Source: the human T2T-CHM13v2.0 reference genome, Homo sapiens. Taken from it: DNA of 64,000 nucleotides. Of the stretch, positions 12,643 to 26,259 are shown one piece after another. The DNA is taken from assembly GCF_009914755.1 (NCBI RefSeq), contig NC_060926.1. One strand, 5' to 3'. The notes below the pieces were generated by a model. It was not told where the DNA came from, did no database searches, and saw only the letters and a list, made by a program, of their open reading frames with translations. Each line of letters opens with the position of its first letter. Position 1 is the stretch's first letter. The position numbers and the translations under genes are program-made.

Positions 12643-15600
12643 CATGCATGCACATATCTTTTTTTTTGACTCTAAAATATCTTTTACTTCATTTAAAATC
12701 TTAGAGAGAAAATAAGATGGGAACAGGGAGGTTTGTAATTTTTTTTTCCCCCATTTTAAAGGCATCTCACTCCTAGTTCAGCAGCATGGAGAAAGATTTG
12801 TTGTCAGCTCCTAGGTAGGGCAGTGATTCAAATTCCCAAGGTTTGTGGCAGCATCTGAGAGAGATTTTCAAAGCTCCATTTTCTTTTAATTAGCTCCCTC
12901 TCTGCCTCAGGCAACAAGTTCAGGGAATCAATAGGCTAGACTGAGTAAAGACTTTGTAGGTATCAGGAGCTACAGTATGTTAGGACTTGTCAGACCCTGG
13001 ATTCAGGTTTCAGAAGGTAAGCATCACAGGCCCAAGAACATTCAGAAAGGAGATTTCAAACAGAAGCAGCTCACCAGCTTCGGGAGACTGTCTGACCCTG
13101 ATTCCCAGACAGAGATTACCATGGCTTTCAACCACATGTTGTCCCTGCACAAGTCACTGAAGCTCCAAGGCTTGCCCTAGAGGCCTACAGATCTAGCCAG
13201 ACTCTGGTTAAGACTTAATATCACACTTGAGAGAAGCTGCAAGTATGAATTCAGCTGAGGTGTTAAAATACTTTTGGAGTGGTTCTCAATGCTACATACT
13301 ATCTGTTCCCCTTATTATTATTTCTTCTTCTTCTTCTGATTATTATTACTATTAATTTCTCTTGTCATAGTAAGTCTTTCCCTGCACCCAGATGTCGTGA
13401 GTAATGTTGGCAATATTTTTAACTTTGTGGGGCATAACTTTAATCTGTGCCATTATTATTACTTACTTCTTTATTTATTATAAGGACAAGCTGCATGCAA
13501 GGCTGACAACAGCCTTGCCAAGTGAGGCATGGTGGATTTGTTTTCCAGAGTTCACATCTCTAATGAACAGTTCCTGCTGATTTAGATGCTACAATAATTG
13601 TTCTGGAGCAAACTATACAAAGTCAAGGGTAGAACATTTGGGATTCTTTGTGAGCATTCATTATTTATTCAGGGAATAGAATTCTGAAATTCCTATCTAA
13701 AAAATCTGATTATGTGACATGGAAAAAATAAAAAAGACAGAGCCTCAGTAATAAATCAGTCAGTAGCTAAGATTAAGTGACAGTAAATACCATTAGGTCC
13801 TGTTCTATTTGAAGCTTTAAACAGTGTGACCCTGAGCGTTTGTCTAAAAGAATCACGAGGTATCTAAAAAGTTGGGAAACATGGATAAACCTATTTTTAA
13901 ATTATTTGGTAATTATATTTTCAAAATTATATGTTCAAAATATTGTTGGTTATGATCTGTTGATATATCAAGCAATGGGTTTAATTTTTACTCTGGAAAA
14001 GTACAATGAATATAGAACTGAGTATCCAAAAAGTCTAGAAACCTAAGGAAAGTACTGTACTTACTGTATTTTTTAAAACTAATACCTAAGTATTTAGATA
14101 TATGCTTTAAATTTTAAAACATTTCATCTGAAAATGTGTCAGGAGGTTGCAAGAAAACATATTTCATATATTGTTTGAAAATATAACCAACATACTGTTT
14201 GACAATGATTCCAGACTCTTTTGGACAACCTGTAGAATAGTGAACGATCCAATGTTGCTCATGCCCAAAAAATAAAAGAAAGGGCTTAACTAGATTCAAT
14301 CAATTATTTTAACAAAGCTGCAGAAGAGGGCTGTGTGTGTGGAAAGAAACGAAGGTGTGATTATAGGAGGGTAACATAGTAATCAATAAAGTAAAAAAAA
14401 TGACTGTATGGAGCTTGAGAGATGAATTTAGGGATGGGAATTCTGCTCACTCTATGGGCATATTGGGTCAAGTGCATTATCAGGCTCCCCCATGGCTGAG
14501 ACAAAAACATCACCTGTGTCAAGGTGAACCATCTCCCCTTGCCTTAAGTCCTTGTTCTTTGAGGAACCTTCATGATTGCAAATTCCTGCTTTCCAGGTAT
14601 CTCAAGCCAGGGAAAGGGCATACTTTGGTTATAATTTTAGGCCATAAATCCACAGAAAGGATTTATGTCTCTCAGCCCTTCAATTTTCCTTTCTAATGTG
14701 TGTGAGACCAAAGTAAGCATAGTCCATATTGAGGATCTTAAAGCAGAGCCACCATTAATTGTGATACAGGTATCAAAATGTTAAACATGCATATCCTCCT
14801 GTACCCTTTTCCTTTCTTTGAACCCTAGACATTGGGCATTTTATAAACATTGGAGATCAAAAAGAGTAAGTAGGCAGTACCCAGGCTTCATCTCTGATGC
14901 AAGAAAAGTTACCTATACTAGGGCAAATGCTTCTCTGACCATTCCACCCATGACCAATACACCTGATGGCTATTGCTGAGCTCTTACAGCTTTTTTATAG
15001 AATGTTAGCATAGAAAACCGTGTCAGGTCTGTCCCTGGGGTCTCTGTAGTCGTGGAGAGAGGCCAGTCAGTATGGCTTCACTTATCTGATTGACAAAGAT
15101 CTGTACTCTCTACTTTCTGATAACAAAAATGAAGGAATGGTCAGCCACGATTAGAAATCCACTGATCCTTTACTTTTGAACTATTTTCACTTTTCTTTAA
15201 TGTTATGTTTATGTCATTTCTCAACCTTTCTTTGTTTTTCCTCAATACACAACAAAGCATTCAAAGCAATGAAGTATACCTATCCAGAAGATAAGCACTT
15301 GCTAAGGCCCTATTGTCCTATAATATATGGATAGCAAATCAAGCAGACCTCTCCATGTTAGTGACAAATTAATCCAGATTCATTCTAACTTACATTAGAT
15401 ATCATTCTATTGTGCCTTTGATTGTGGCACCAATCTGTAGTCACCTCTGTAGTACTACCGAAATAGAGTTTTCATATCTATAAAACTGAGAATTAAATTA
15501 TACAACCTGATGAATTCATCTACAGGAAAACTCCTATATATTTTTTGATGTCTGAATTTCTGGTTTTTGCTTTTCCAAATTTTATTTTCACAATGTCATA

Positions 15601-16048
15601 TATCTATGAGCACTGTTAGAATATGCTTTGGACCAACCCCTGAAAAGAATAAAAGCATTACTCATCCTATGTGTTTTTTCCAAAGAAATGAAAATGTACT
15701 TAAAATTTTTAAGTAAACAGTGTACTATAAGGGAGACTTTGCTTTAATATATGGGGGTTAATAGATTTTTTCTAATCACATTTCTATCTTATTCCATTTT
15801 CCTTTAAATGGGTGGGTACACTTGACAGCCCTGAAAAGTGAGGCACTAATAGTAGTGTCAGGGGCCAAGAATTGAACAAGCTTTCCTACATCACCCCTGT
15901 GTCTCACCCAGAGCTGTACCAAATGTTTAATTTTAGTCTTTGGCTCAATGCCAAACACCTGGAAATGGCATCCAGCCAGAGATGAACACAAAGCTAAACA
16001 GTGGGTGAGCAAGTACATATGTCTTTTCTTATTTTCCCGTTTTTCAAC

Positions 16049-16093
16049 TATTAGGTAAATAAGGTAGTTATTAGGTAAATAAGGTAGTTATTA
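16049..16093 (+). repeat. Perfect 20-bp tandem duplication
   Basis: tattaggtaaataaggtagt x2, followed by tatta. Confidence 0.95.
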
Positions 16094-17251
16094 AATGATG
16101 ACTTCTGCAAAGCCTGCAATTTTAGTGTTCACATTTCATCTTACCAACACTGACCAGTCTTCTCAGCAAGCAACATTTTTATAATATCTGTATGAAAACC
16201 AGTTTGACTTCCTACTCAGTGCCATCTTTGAGGAGGGATTTCAGCCTGTTGTCTTCTTAGACTAGAATGTACATAAGAAGCATGTCAGATGCCAAGTTTG
16301 TTGAAATGCAAACTTTGTCACTGGTAAGTTTTCAGTCGCTGATATTTCTGCGTGGGCACATCCCTCCGCACTTGTTCATGTCATAGCACTCAGGACTCCT
16401 GACTCCATTTCTGCACCCACAGAAACCACATTTCCTCTCAGTCCTTCTCACTTCACCAATCCACAAACCCTTTAACTACCCCTGAAATACGGAGATATTT
16501 CCCAACATCTCCACAAATATAACAGAAAGCTTTTGTGGTCTCATGTAACCAAACTTATAACCATATGCACGCCTTCTTTGACCAAGAAAATCACTCATCT
16601 TTCTAGTGTGTCCAATTCAAGATTCTTTGCAATAGACCATGGTACATGGAATTTGAAGGCCAAATCCTGGTGCTATGGATTTCAAGGGAAGCAGGCACAT
16701 ATACAAAAACAATGAAAGCAATGCTACATTTTGTCTAATGCTTTATCTTTTTAGGTATATATAGTTTGTTTACTTTTTTATAAAGACGCTAAATTTTGCT
16801 TTCTCTTTGAAATAAACATGTGGCTATTTGGTACAACTTTCTGGTCTCAGAAAGTTGTACGTGTACATGATTTAAAATGAAATTGAGTGATGTAATTACG
16901 CTTTCATGAGCCATAAGCATTCCTAAAGAATCCTACATAAATCCATAAAGTAGTAAAAGGTAGTTTTGATTATTAGTAACAAACTTGCCATTTAAAAATA
17001 CTGTTGTATATTGTATTAATACCTTTTGTGCACCTTTTCAGGTTTTCTTAGTTGCATCTGTCCTGTTCCAGACACCAACTTGACCACCTGATCTGTGAGG
17101 GCTTAGGTGCAGCATGACAGCACTTCACCCCAAGAATCTACCTCTCATTTCCCACTTGGGGCTATTCTGTTGACACCTCAGCTTGGGACCAGGAATAAAA
17201 TCCACTCTCCATTTACACATGTACCACCCAGAGTGTGGGAAAGTTAACACC

Positions 17252-17663
17252 CTCTATCAGTTTGTTAAGGCTGCCGTAACAAAAGACCACAGGCTGGGTG
17301 GCTTCACTATCAGAAATGTATTTTCTCACAGTTTTGGAGGCGAGAAGTCCAAGATTAAGGTGTCAGCAGGTTTGGTTTCTTCTGAGGCTTCTCTCCTTAG
17401 TTTGCAGATGGCCACCTGGTCTTTCCCTCTTGCATACAAACCCCATGGTGTCCCTCTGTGTGTCCACATTTCCTCTTTTTATATAGGGACACCAGTCATA
17501 TTAGATTAGGGCTTACCCTAAGGGCCTCATGTTAACTTAATCACCACTTTAAAGACCTTATATCCAACATAGTTACCCTATAGAGTTACATTCTGAGGTA
17601 TTGAAAGTTAAGACTTCAACATATAAATCAAGGACGGGGACAGAAACAATTCAGCCCATAACA
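17252..17663 (-). mobile_element. MLT1A/B-type LTR nested in an older LTR16-like LTR (about 17060-17945)
   Basis: 'aaatgtattttctcacagttttggaggcgagaagtccaagattaaggtgtcagcagg...aattcagcccataaca'. The right flank ends in LTR16-like 'ctcaggttctgcttcctggagagcccaggctga'. Confidence 0.8.
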
Positions 17664-18148
17664 CACTGCATGGGTGATCAATGCGGGAAGGAAATAAGAG
17701 TTAATAAATTATCTTTTTATTCCCCTAGATGGATGATCCTGATTGACATTTCATGTGACAGTTCTCAATCTCTTCGTGATTGGGAAAGTGGCACTTACAA
17801 CCACCATCTACTGGCAAGTCATTGGCTCTCTCTCCTTCTTGGCCTGGTTTCCCTGTCCCTCATTCCTACCTTTTTCCAGGATCACAAAAGCCGATAACAA
17901 GCTTGCACTCAGGTTCTGCTTCCTGGAGAGCCCAGGCTGATATCTCACTTCATATTTACAACAACTATGCAAGATATGTCTTCTTGTTGTTGTCTCATAA
18001 ATAAAGAAACGGGAGAGTCTAACAAGATAACTGACTTGTACAGAGTCACACAGCTAGTAAGTTACAAAGGCAGAACTCTGATTTAAGTCTTCTGCCTCTC
18101 ATCTTGCATTATTTCCCAGGTACCACAATATCTCCTAGCAATTTTTAT

Positions 18149-18451
18149 TTTCTTAATTTTAATTTTTTTGAAACAGTGTCTTTCTCTGTCACCCAGGTTG
18201 GAGTGCAGTGATGCAATCATGGCTCACTTCAGCCTCTACCTCCTGGGATCAAGCAATCCTCCCACCTCAGCCTCTGGAGTCACCGGGACTACAGGCACGT
18301 GTAACCATGCCCAGCTAACTTTTAAATTTTTTGTAGAGACAAGGGCTCACTATGTTGCTCAGGCTAATCTCAAACTCTTGAGCTCAAGTGATCCTCCTGC
18401 CTTGGCCTTCCAAAGTGCTAGGTTTACAAGCAAGAGCCACTGCGCCTGACT
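18149..18451 (-). mobile_element. AluJ
   Basis: Dimeric antisense Alu with J-type features; 16-bp TSD tcctagcaatttttat at 18133-18148 and 18454-18469. Confidence 0.95.
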
Positions 18452-20068
18452 TGTCCTAGCAATTTTTATGTATCATTGTGTGTAATTTAGGCCATTTTCC
18501 CAACCCAATTTTAAAACTGTTTAAATGGATTAGAGATAAGACATCCCAAGTACATAATTCATTTCCCTATTACTTAAATGCTCTCCTTTCCCTTCTTCCC
18601 TAAACCTATGAGTTTGGTAATCCTTTTACATGGCTTACTTATATCTGAAATTACTTTTATTCAATAGAAAGTATATAAATTAAAATCTCTTTATTGGTAT
18701 TATCACGATCTATACCTTTCCAAGGAAACCACTTCTCACAGTCAAATTAGGGAGGCTCTTGTATCTTAATCAAAGCTTAACAGTTTAATCGTTCATTAAA
18801 CATGAGAGTAATTTAGTGTCCTACTATGCAATCATTATTGTTTCCTGAAAATCTGGTATGATGAGGTACAATAAATGCAAACTGAAATATTGCCTGTGGA
18901 AAGTTATTTATTATTTCTTCTAGCTAAAAACATTCATAACTGAAATTTATTGGCTCATACTCCCTTCATTATAAATATTTTATGTTCTGCCTCAGGGATC
19001 CATGTCTTAGCATTTAAATGTCTCAATCTTGTGTCAGTAACAGGAAGAACAAGTTCACTGGGTGGAATTTTTGCCCTTTGCTTCAGAATGTTACAATAAT
19101 AATAGGCTATAAATATGTTATAATTATATCTTTGATCATTGCCGTGGTTTTCTAGCCTGAATGAATTAAATTCAAAACTAAAGCTGAGCTGATAGGCAAA
19201 AATGACAGCCGTTATCTTATACTAAAATTTTTCTGAAAACCATATTAATATAGTAAAAATATTTAGAGTGGCCAGGATAGTACATCATTTTTCCTATTAC
19301 TGTACTTTTACTTTAATGTGAAATAGTACCTATACCTATTACCACCCTTACATCTCAATAATGGTTTACATTCATTTAAAGTTTTACTTTTTTAGTTCTT
19401 TCATGTTCTAGTCACAATAACAAACTTTGAGGTACTAAGGACTGTTGCTATAATAGTCATCGGTCAAATGAAAAATGTGAGGTTCAGGTAGTTAAAGATG
19501 TCTAACTTTTTTAATGTTAATATTTTTAGTTATGAGATACAGTAACATAGTGCAATGGTTTGAATTAGGCTTCTGTTTTCTGCCGACCTCACCTGATGGG
19601 GTCAGCTTGGGGTAGGAGGTGCAGTGGAGAAGGAAATGGCAGAGAGGAGAGGACATGAGCAGGTGACAAAACAGCAGACGACAGGTAATGCTATCTGGAG
19701 AGATGAGGGTATAAGACACAGGGAATATCCCTCATCGGCTATATTCTCCCAGATTCATCTCCCTGTATAAAGCCTACTGAGCAGATTACTGAGAGATTCC
19801 TAAAATTGTGTAGCTTTCCTAGAAACCCCAGACAGCTGTGGGACAAAGACTTGTCCTTACCGAGATGAGGCGTACTAGATTGCATTAGTTAATGGAAATT
19901 TTAAAGTTCCATCTGGAGGACCTTTTAAGAGTTCTTTATCTCAGTCCATTCTCTTTAAAATTCCAGATACAAACTTTTGAGACCCACCCTTCGTAAGAAA
20001 AAAAATGCAGAAGAAAGACAAATTGGATTTCATTTCAAGAAAATTGAAAATAAAATTCTTCATACTGG

Positions 20069-20463
20069 TGTCTTAGTTCATTTGTGTTACTATAACAAAA
20101 TACCTGAGGCGCCTAATTTATAAACAATAGAAATTCATTTTTCACAGTTCTGGAGCCTAGGAAGATTAAGGCACTGCAAGTATGCTGTCTGGTGAGAGCC
20201 TGTTCCTCATAGATGGTACTGTCTAGGTGTTCTCATATGGTGGAAGAGACGGAAAGAGAAAAAGAGATGAACACTGTGTTCTCACATAGCAGAAGAGTGA
20301 GACAGAATGAACCCACTCCCTCAAGTTCTTTTATAAGGGCCCCAATCTCATCCCTGAGGGCTCTACCCTTATGACTTCACAGCATCTAAATACCCCACCT
20401 CTTATCATATTGGCGATTAAGTTTCAATGCATGAATTTTGGGGAAAACATTCAGACCATAACA
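20069..20463 (-). mobile_element. MST-type (MaLR) solo LTR
   Basis: 'tgtcttagttcatttgtgttactataacaaaatacctgagg...acattcagaccataaca'; TSD-like actgg/cctgg. Confidence 0.85.
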
Positions 20464-20570
20464 CCTGGTATTAAATTATCCATAGAAGAAATACATGAAG
20501 GAAGGACTAACTCCTCTTAGTGTATACAAACATGTTGACAGAGATGCTTTCCTTAAGAAATATCATGTAA

Positions 20571-20914
<344 letters not shown>

Positions 20915-21398
20915 TGAAAAGATGATTTTTGATAGCTTGAATCCAGGTCTTCTTAGGGACTGAATCCTCCTGCACAATCCTGTAAGCCTACATCCCCTCA
21001 AGTGTATTCCTTCAAACACTTGTTCTCCAGGATGTAAATAAGTTTACGTGAAAAGAGTATTCTGTGATCAGATCCTTAAATGCTGACACCAGCCCGAAAA
21101 TAATCTGTTGATAAAGCAAAGCTAATTTTATTGTTTACTGTGCTAAGGGAGATTGTTACTTTGACAGTCTTAGTCACATCTGAATTCGAGAGAAAAAAGT
21201 GCAGGTATTAATAAGATGTAGGGGGTGGTCAGCGGATCCTTCAAAGTGGGAGCTAGACTAGGACTGCAGAAGATTCACAATGTTATTGTTTAGGATTGGT
21301 GAACATGGCATGGATATGGTTTCAAAGAGAATTTTTGAAGAGGAAACACTCTTTTCATGCTATATTGTCCTGAGAAAAGGTATTTTCTCTGATGAAGT

Positions 21399-22046
21399 TA
21401 TTGGGGCTCAGAAACTGGTACCCCAGCAGCTTTGACATACTGAACTAAAGAAGCAACCTCAAGGTCTCTTTGACCTTCCCCTACCCCTTCCTGTCTCTCA
21501 ATCCTCTGTCTCTATCAAAGCACTTGATGAAGCTGGTCTCTGAAGTTCCTTTATCTGCCTGAAGTCCAGACCCACCAAAGAAGAAAACAATTACCTCTGT
21601 TCCCTTCCTTGAATTTGCATTAACTTAATTCATATGGCAAGAACAAAGACTAAAAGACCTGGACAGACTTTTGTCCAAACCATTGTCTTCCTTTTTGGTC
21701 CACTCAGTATTTCAAAGAGAATCATTTACCAGTCACTGTCTGTTTTGTGGGATCAAAATACTTTGTCCTAGGCCATTGTATCTTCTTCAAATCCATTTAT
21801 TTTCACCTAAAAATCATTTATTATGTCTCAAATTGCCACACTCACCCCATCTCCCTTTGCCCTATGAAGAAGGGTATATAAGCATCTGTACCCCACTGGG
21901 TCATTGGGTAATCATTCTCCTGTGATTTCCTTATGTTATGCACAGTAAAATAAATTTTATATGCTTTTCTCCTATTCACCTACATTTCTAAGTTGATTTT
22001 CTGCAAAATTTCAGAGGAAAATAAATTTTTTTCTATGGCCCCTACA
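21399..22046 (+). mobile_element. MER39-like ERV1 solo LTR
   Basis: Starts 'tattggggctcagaaac..taccccag..ctttgacatactgaact'; TATA-like 'gtatataagc', 'aataaa'; ends 'ggcccctaca'. Confidence 0.75.
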
Positions 22047-22879
22047 ATGGTAAATGGAATGTTTAGATAAATAGATTTTCTGTGAGGTCCTGAAATTAAC
22101 AATAAAGATATTTACAACTTTAGTTTCCTAAGTTTCTTGAATAGTAAAATCATGTAAAACAAGATAAAAAAATAGTAAACTCTTGTTAGTGCAGAGTATA
22201 GACAATAAACTTATAGTCTCTTGAACAGACACTTTGTAGCGAAACAAAATGTGCCTTTTCTTTAGGCCTCAGCCATCCTCATGACAGTACCTCCCTAACA
22301 CCTACCATCTTTCTGGATTCTTCCTTAAACTCTTACCTGAAACCTTTCTGCTTTGTAGTCCAAACTTGAATCCCCATAATCATTTCTATTTCCAGGCCTT
22401 TTCTGTTGAAAATCAATCTGATATTTTCCCGTTCCTAGGATTCCAATCAGAATGACAGGATGCCAGCCCTAAGGAGGCAGAAACAATAAAGGATCCTTCC
22501 TTCTTAGAGCTGGAAGGGAGTGGAGGTTGACTTCAGTCTCTGAATTTGTATGTTAATATCTGTGTCCTCTCTATAGGTTCAAAAGATCTATCTGATGAAA
22601 GAAACAGTGAGGAAACAATTAATATTAGATGGTGGCACAGAATTAAGTTTCAGGATGTTTGTAGCACCAAATAGAGGAAGGTTTTTTTTAAAAAAAAAAA
22701 AAAGTATTTTAAGTCTTCTATGAGTGCAAGTAGAAGGAAAGGAAGGGAATGTTCTCTGTTGGGGGCCAATGATATATTGACTAATGACAAGGAAAAAGCA
22801 AACCTCTCTTTGGACTGAAAAAAAGACAAGACATGTTGATAAGAGGAAACTGTAGCTTTAGCTGGGGAAGCATAGTTAA

Positions 22880-24580
22880 ACTTCTGGTCCTGAATTATTT
22901 CTAAAGGTCTCTAAAGAATCTTCAAATTAAATCATTAAACCAAACATTGCCAGTGACCTTTGAGGGACGATCAAAAACAGTAAAGAGGAATAAAACTGGA
23001 GACAGGCAAATACCAGCCAATCTTTGACAAATGGGACAAAGAAAGATTTGGCAAATTAAGACAAGTAAAAGTTACATTGATTTCAGCTAAGATTTTAGAA
23101 TCGTTTATATAAAGGAATAGGTGTAGAGAACCTAAAGAAGCAATGATCACTAGGAGCCAACAAAGACTTCCATAAACAATATTAGACTCGCCTCATTTCC
23201 TTCTGTATTAGTCAAGGTCTAGGCAGGGAACAGATGCACACATAACAAATTAACGTACTAGAGGAGAGTTTAGAAAAGAGAATCCTCATAAAAACATGGG
23301 TCAGGGTTAAAGGAAGCTTAGAGGGACAGTAAAGCAACTGGGGAGAACCAGTACCAACCACAGAAGGACTGTCTGCATAATTTGCAGGCACCCCCACCCC
23401 ACTAAAAAAATGATTAAGAATTTCATGACAGGGATAGCCTAGCATTAAACCAAGCATGAGACCCTATATGATCACACAAGCTGCAAGACTATGCAGCCTG
23501 CCCTGGTCTTTAGGTTTGAAGAGGCAAGGAGGAAAATATGTATGGGAACCTGGAGAGGGTTGTAGCTGTATCTTCAGCTGAAGCAGAGTCCATTGGAGGG
23601 ACATTGTGGACTTCGGTAGAAGAACTAAGCCACTTACACTAAACTACTGATTATCTCTGGCTATGAAGAGAGCAATCTGGGGAAATACATATTTTGATCT
23701 CATTCTCCTCATGTCCTCCTGCAATCTCTTGCCAGTGCAGGACAAAGGAATCAAGTTAATGCAGTGCATGGAAGACAGCTTCCAGGGACACAAATCAGGG
23801 TGGATAGTGGATTAGGAGAAGCAGGAAGAAGATAACAGACATCATCCTGCACATCTTTGTGAGGTTATGCTGTTAAATCTGTGAAACCAATCTATAAGGA
23901 ATTCAGAAAGATGTTTGACACAATTTCACAATTTTCCTTTGTATAAGATGGAGAAATATGTACTAGAAGCAAAATAATTATGTGGATCAATAATAGGCTA
24001 AACAACTATATCCAAAGTCTACTGAAAACTGGATCAATGTAAAACTGAAGGGAGTTGCATATGTATCTCAATTCCTTTACCCTGTCCTATCTAGCTCAGA
24101 ATTTTTATTATTGACTTGCAGACATAAAAAGAACATGTATTAAAGCATGGTTTGCAGATTGCTGAGAAGGACATTGTCTAACTGGGATGAAAGAATTAGA
24201 ATCCAGAAAGATCTTGACAGGCTGTAGCAATGGTATAAAAAGATCTTGCCTAACTGGAACAATAGAATAAATCTAGCAGTAATAAGTCTTGAGAATTGTT
24301 CTCAAATTCAAAAAGCCAGAGGCATAAGTTTGGGACAGGGAAGACCATACTTATCAGCTATTAAAATGACTCAGGGAGTTTAGTGGAAGGTAAAGGCAAT
24401 GTGAATCATGAGCATGGCAGATCCTCCAAAAAAGCGGGTTAAGTTTTAGGCAGTATTAATTGAACAAAGGAGGTAATAATCCAAACCTATGTTGTGTTGA
24501 TCAGACCATACCTGGAAAATTTGGGTTACTTTTGAATGCCATATCTGACTTGCAATGCATTCTGAAAAGAATAACTAGGA
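22880..24580 (+). mobile_element. CR1/L3 LINE RT remnant, interrupted by an LTR
   Basis: Around 22995-23105 the sequence is a degenerate match to the CR1 RT stretch WRRAN..PIF..G.K....NYRPVSLT.I..KILE; 'gaattagaatccagaaagatcttgacaggctg' corresponds to RIQKDLDRL. Confidence 0.7.
23204..23842 (-). mobile_element. Old ERVL/MaLR-type LTR containing a nested MER45A-like element (about 23363-23506)
   Basis: Begins 'tgtattagtcaaggtc'. Internal 'ttaagaatttcatgacagggatagcctagcattaaaccaagc...gcctgccctg' matches the antisense of MER45A. Confidence 0.6.
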
Positions 24581-26259
24581 TTGGAGAAGACACTTATAGA
24601 CTAGGACCAACCACAAAAGCTGGTGCAGCTTTAATAACTGATGTAAATGACAATGTGAACATGACAGTGTTGAGATTACTGCTCAGTCAGCAAACCAAAG
24701 AAGAGCATAGGATATACATGAGATAAAAGAAACATAGAGACTTATGAGTGGAAGAGGCAACTCTTGCTTCCCTAGTTCTTCCCCCTGAAACTTGCAGAGT
24801 TAAGAATTCACCAGGACAGATGATCCATAACCAAATCTCACTACCTTTTGGAAGGGAAGGGGGACATTACCCCACAGGAATCAACTTTATCACCATATAA
24901 AGAAATTCTTGCTGTGTCATGGTTACATACTTGTGAATTCTCTTTCTTATTCTGTCATTATACCTATTTGTATATAGAGCCATGCAATAACACAGAACAG
25001 AAATCATGCCTAGGAAGTAATAATTGAAGAGATCCGGGGCCAGTATAAGAGACTACTCAGGAGAACCATGGCATCCAAATGGTATCCAAATATATTAAAT
25101 GCTACCACATGGAAGAATAATTATCACTGTCCTCTATTATCTCAAGGAATAAAAAAGGATCCTTAAAAATATCAGAGAGATACTTCATTATGGTCCAACT
25201 TTCTGAGGACTAATGGACTGCCATGGAAAGCAGAAAGTTTCCCAAAACCAAGCATAAACAAACATAGTATCATGTCTGAATTACTGCTTAGTTGACATGT
25301 TATTTAAGCAATTCAAGCTTTCAATGGGTATTTAAAGTAGTTTTTAAAGATCTCTTCCAATAATGAACTTCCATGGCTCATTCTTTCTTTCATTAAGTAA
25401 GTATTTATTAAGAACCAGACATGTACCCAACATCATCCTAAGAACTGAGGATACTGCAACAAACAGAAACAAGCCATTTCCTCATGAAATCTGATGGAAT
25501 AGGTAGAAAATAAACAAATAATTAATAAAATCTCAAGCAGCAATAAAGATTGTGGAGAAAAATCAAGCAGGGTATGGATCTTGAGTGATGGAGAAAGGGA
25601 AGAGACATGAATAGAATGGTCAGAAAAGCCTCTTGGGCCAATGAGCTCATCTGTTTATCATAATCAATTTCTCTAAATTTTCAGTCTGGTAGCTTCCTAA
25701 GGCCCTTATTTTTCCTCCTTATGTTAATTACCATCTATGCAGTTTACTCTTTAACTCTTAAACCCAGAATAACTCTAACTTATAAATCCAATAGAACTAT
25801 TAGTGAAACTAGAACAGTGGTATACTTATTTCCACAATCAAAAAACTAAGTGGGTATCATTCAGTTTAAGATGGCAGAACAAGCACAGTTTTCTATTTTC
25901 CTCTTGTTCCTAGTTACTATGAAATCATAGAAAAATAATTTTTAAATAAAAATTGCAGTTTTGGAAAATAAGAGATGATGATGACAATTTGAGAAGATAT
26001 TAGAAGTAGACAGGGTCTGATCACTGGGGGAAATAGAGCAGGGAAACTATGGCCCCAAATGCCCTAAGTAGAAGAAGTCTGAATATTAAAGGAATTCTCA
26101 AAGGTTTTCCACGCTCAGAGTTAATAAGTACAAACAGCAAGAGTAGATTGTGCAAAAATATCAGAGTAATTATTTAGAGAATCATACCTGAAAGGGGAAG
26201 ACTTCTCCTCTTACTCCTCTCCCTCATGAATATCAAGCAAATGGTGATGGGAGCTGAAA

